From NCBI GenBank assembly GCA_965197865.1, contig CBDANZ010000005.1:846028-910027 (forward strand): a stretch of DNA of 64,000 nucleotides. The letters are read 5' to 3'. The position numbers and the translations under genes were made by a program. This document shows, piece after piece, positions 63,771 to 64,000 of the stretch (positions are counted from its first letter, which is position 1; each line of letters begins with the position of its first letter). Source of the DNA: Vicinamibacterales bacterium. GTDB lineage: Bacteria; Acidobacteriota; Vicinamibacteria; Vicinamibacterales; CAVVIG01. The notes under the pieces were generated by a model. The model ran no database searches and was not told where the DNA came from. It worked only from the letters and a program-made list of their open reading frames with translations.

Positions 63771-64000
63771 ACGTGTGGTAGCACTTCGATGAGCCGGTCT
63801 GATTGTCCAGCGGCGGCCGCGACGGCGCAGACGGAGACCACGAACGCCCCGTGAAGAACAGCGATTCGCACGTCAGGTCTCTCCCTCATTAATTTTCCGC
63901 TTCAGGTGGTTGTCGCGCACGCTAAATGAAGGCTCATGTGAGATCCTTGACAGCAGGCGTAGCCGAGGGCGGCTATTCTGTGCACCGTGTTTCACGTTCT

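Overview
GC-rich bacterial DNA. The gene repertoire resembles Acidobacteriota (Vicinamibacterales-like), which is an inference. The left half (about 1160-30011) is a genomic island integrated at the 3' end of a tRNA-Ser(GCT) gene (30012-30106, minus strand). It is bounded by a 27-bp direct repeat (1133-1159 / 30012-30038) and carries its own xis + tyrosine integrase. A paralogous, frameshifted integrase at the window start suggests a tandem island array. Island cargo includes: an IS1111-type (IS110 family) element whose non-coding end folds into a bridge/seek-RNA loop with two 8-nt guides matching its own reconstructed insertion site; a putative Fur-controlled heme/iron-uptake operon (kelch+PQQ propeller gene hit by two IS256 insertions, TonB-dependent receptor, small Cys/His protein, membrane protein, triple-HhH protein, with a protoglobin nearby); four IS256 elements with 8-bp TSDs; a TOTE-type primase-helicase-nuclease flanked by toxin-antitoxin pairs; and a decayed mobile-element backbone. 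The right half is chromosomal: histone-like protein, M64 and M28 peptidases, VOC, DoxX, DinB, htpG, an IS1182-like element with an adjacent MITE, fxsA, an Xdh-family Mo subunit, a TolC/HlyD/ABC-2 efflux operon, EamA, MATE, a lipoprotein and a DsbD-like protein. It also holds many gene fragments and an orphan, inverted copy of the att site at 44931-44960. No CRISPR array or rRNA was seen. Family assignments come from motif recognition by eye; no database searches were run.
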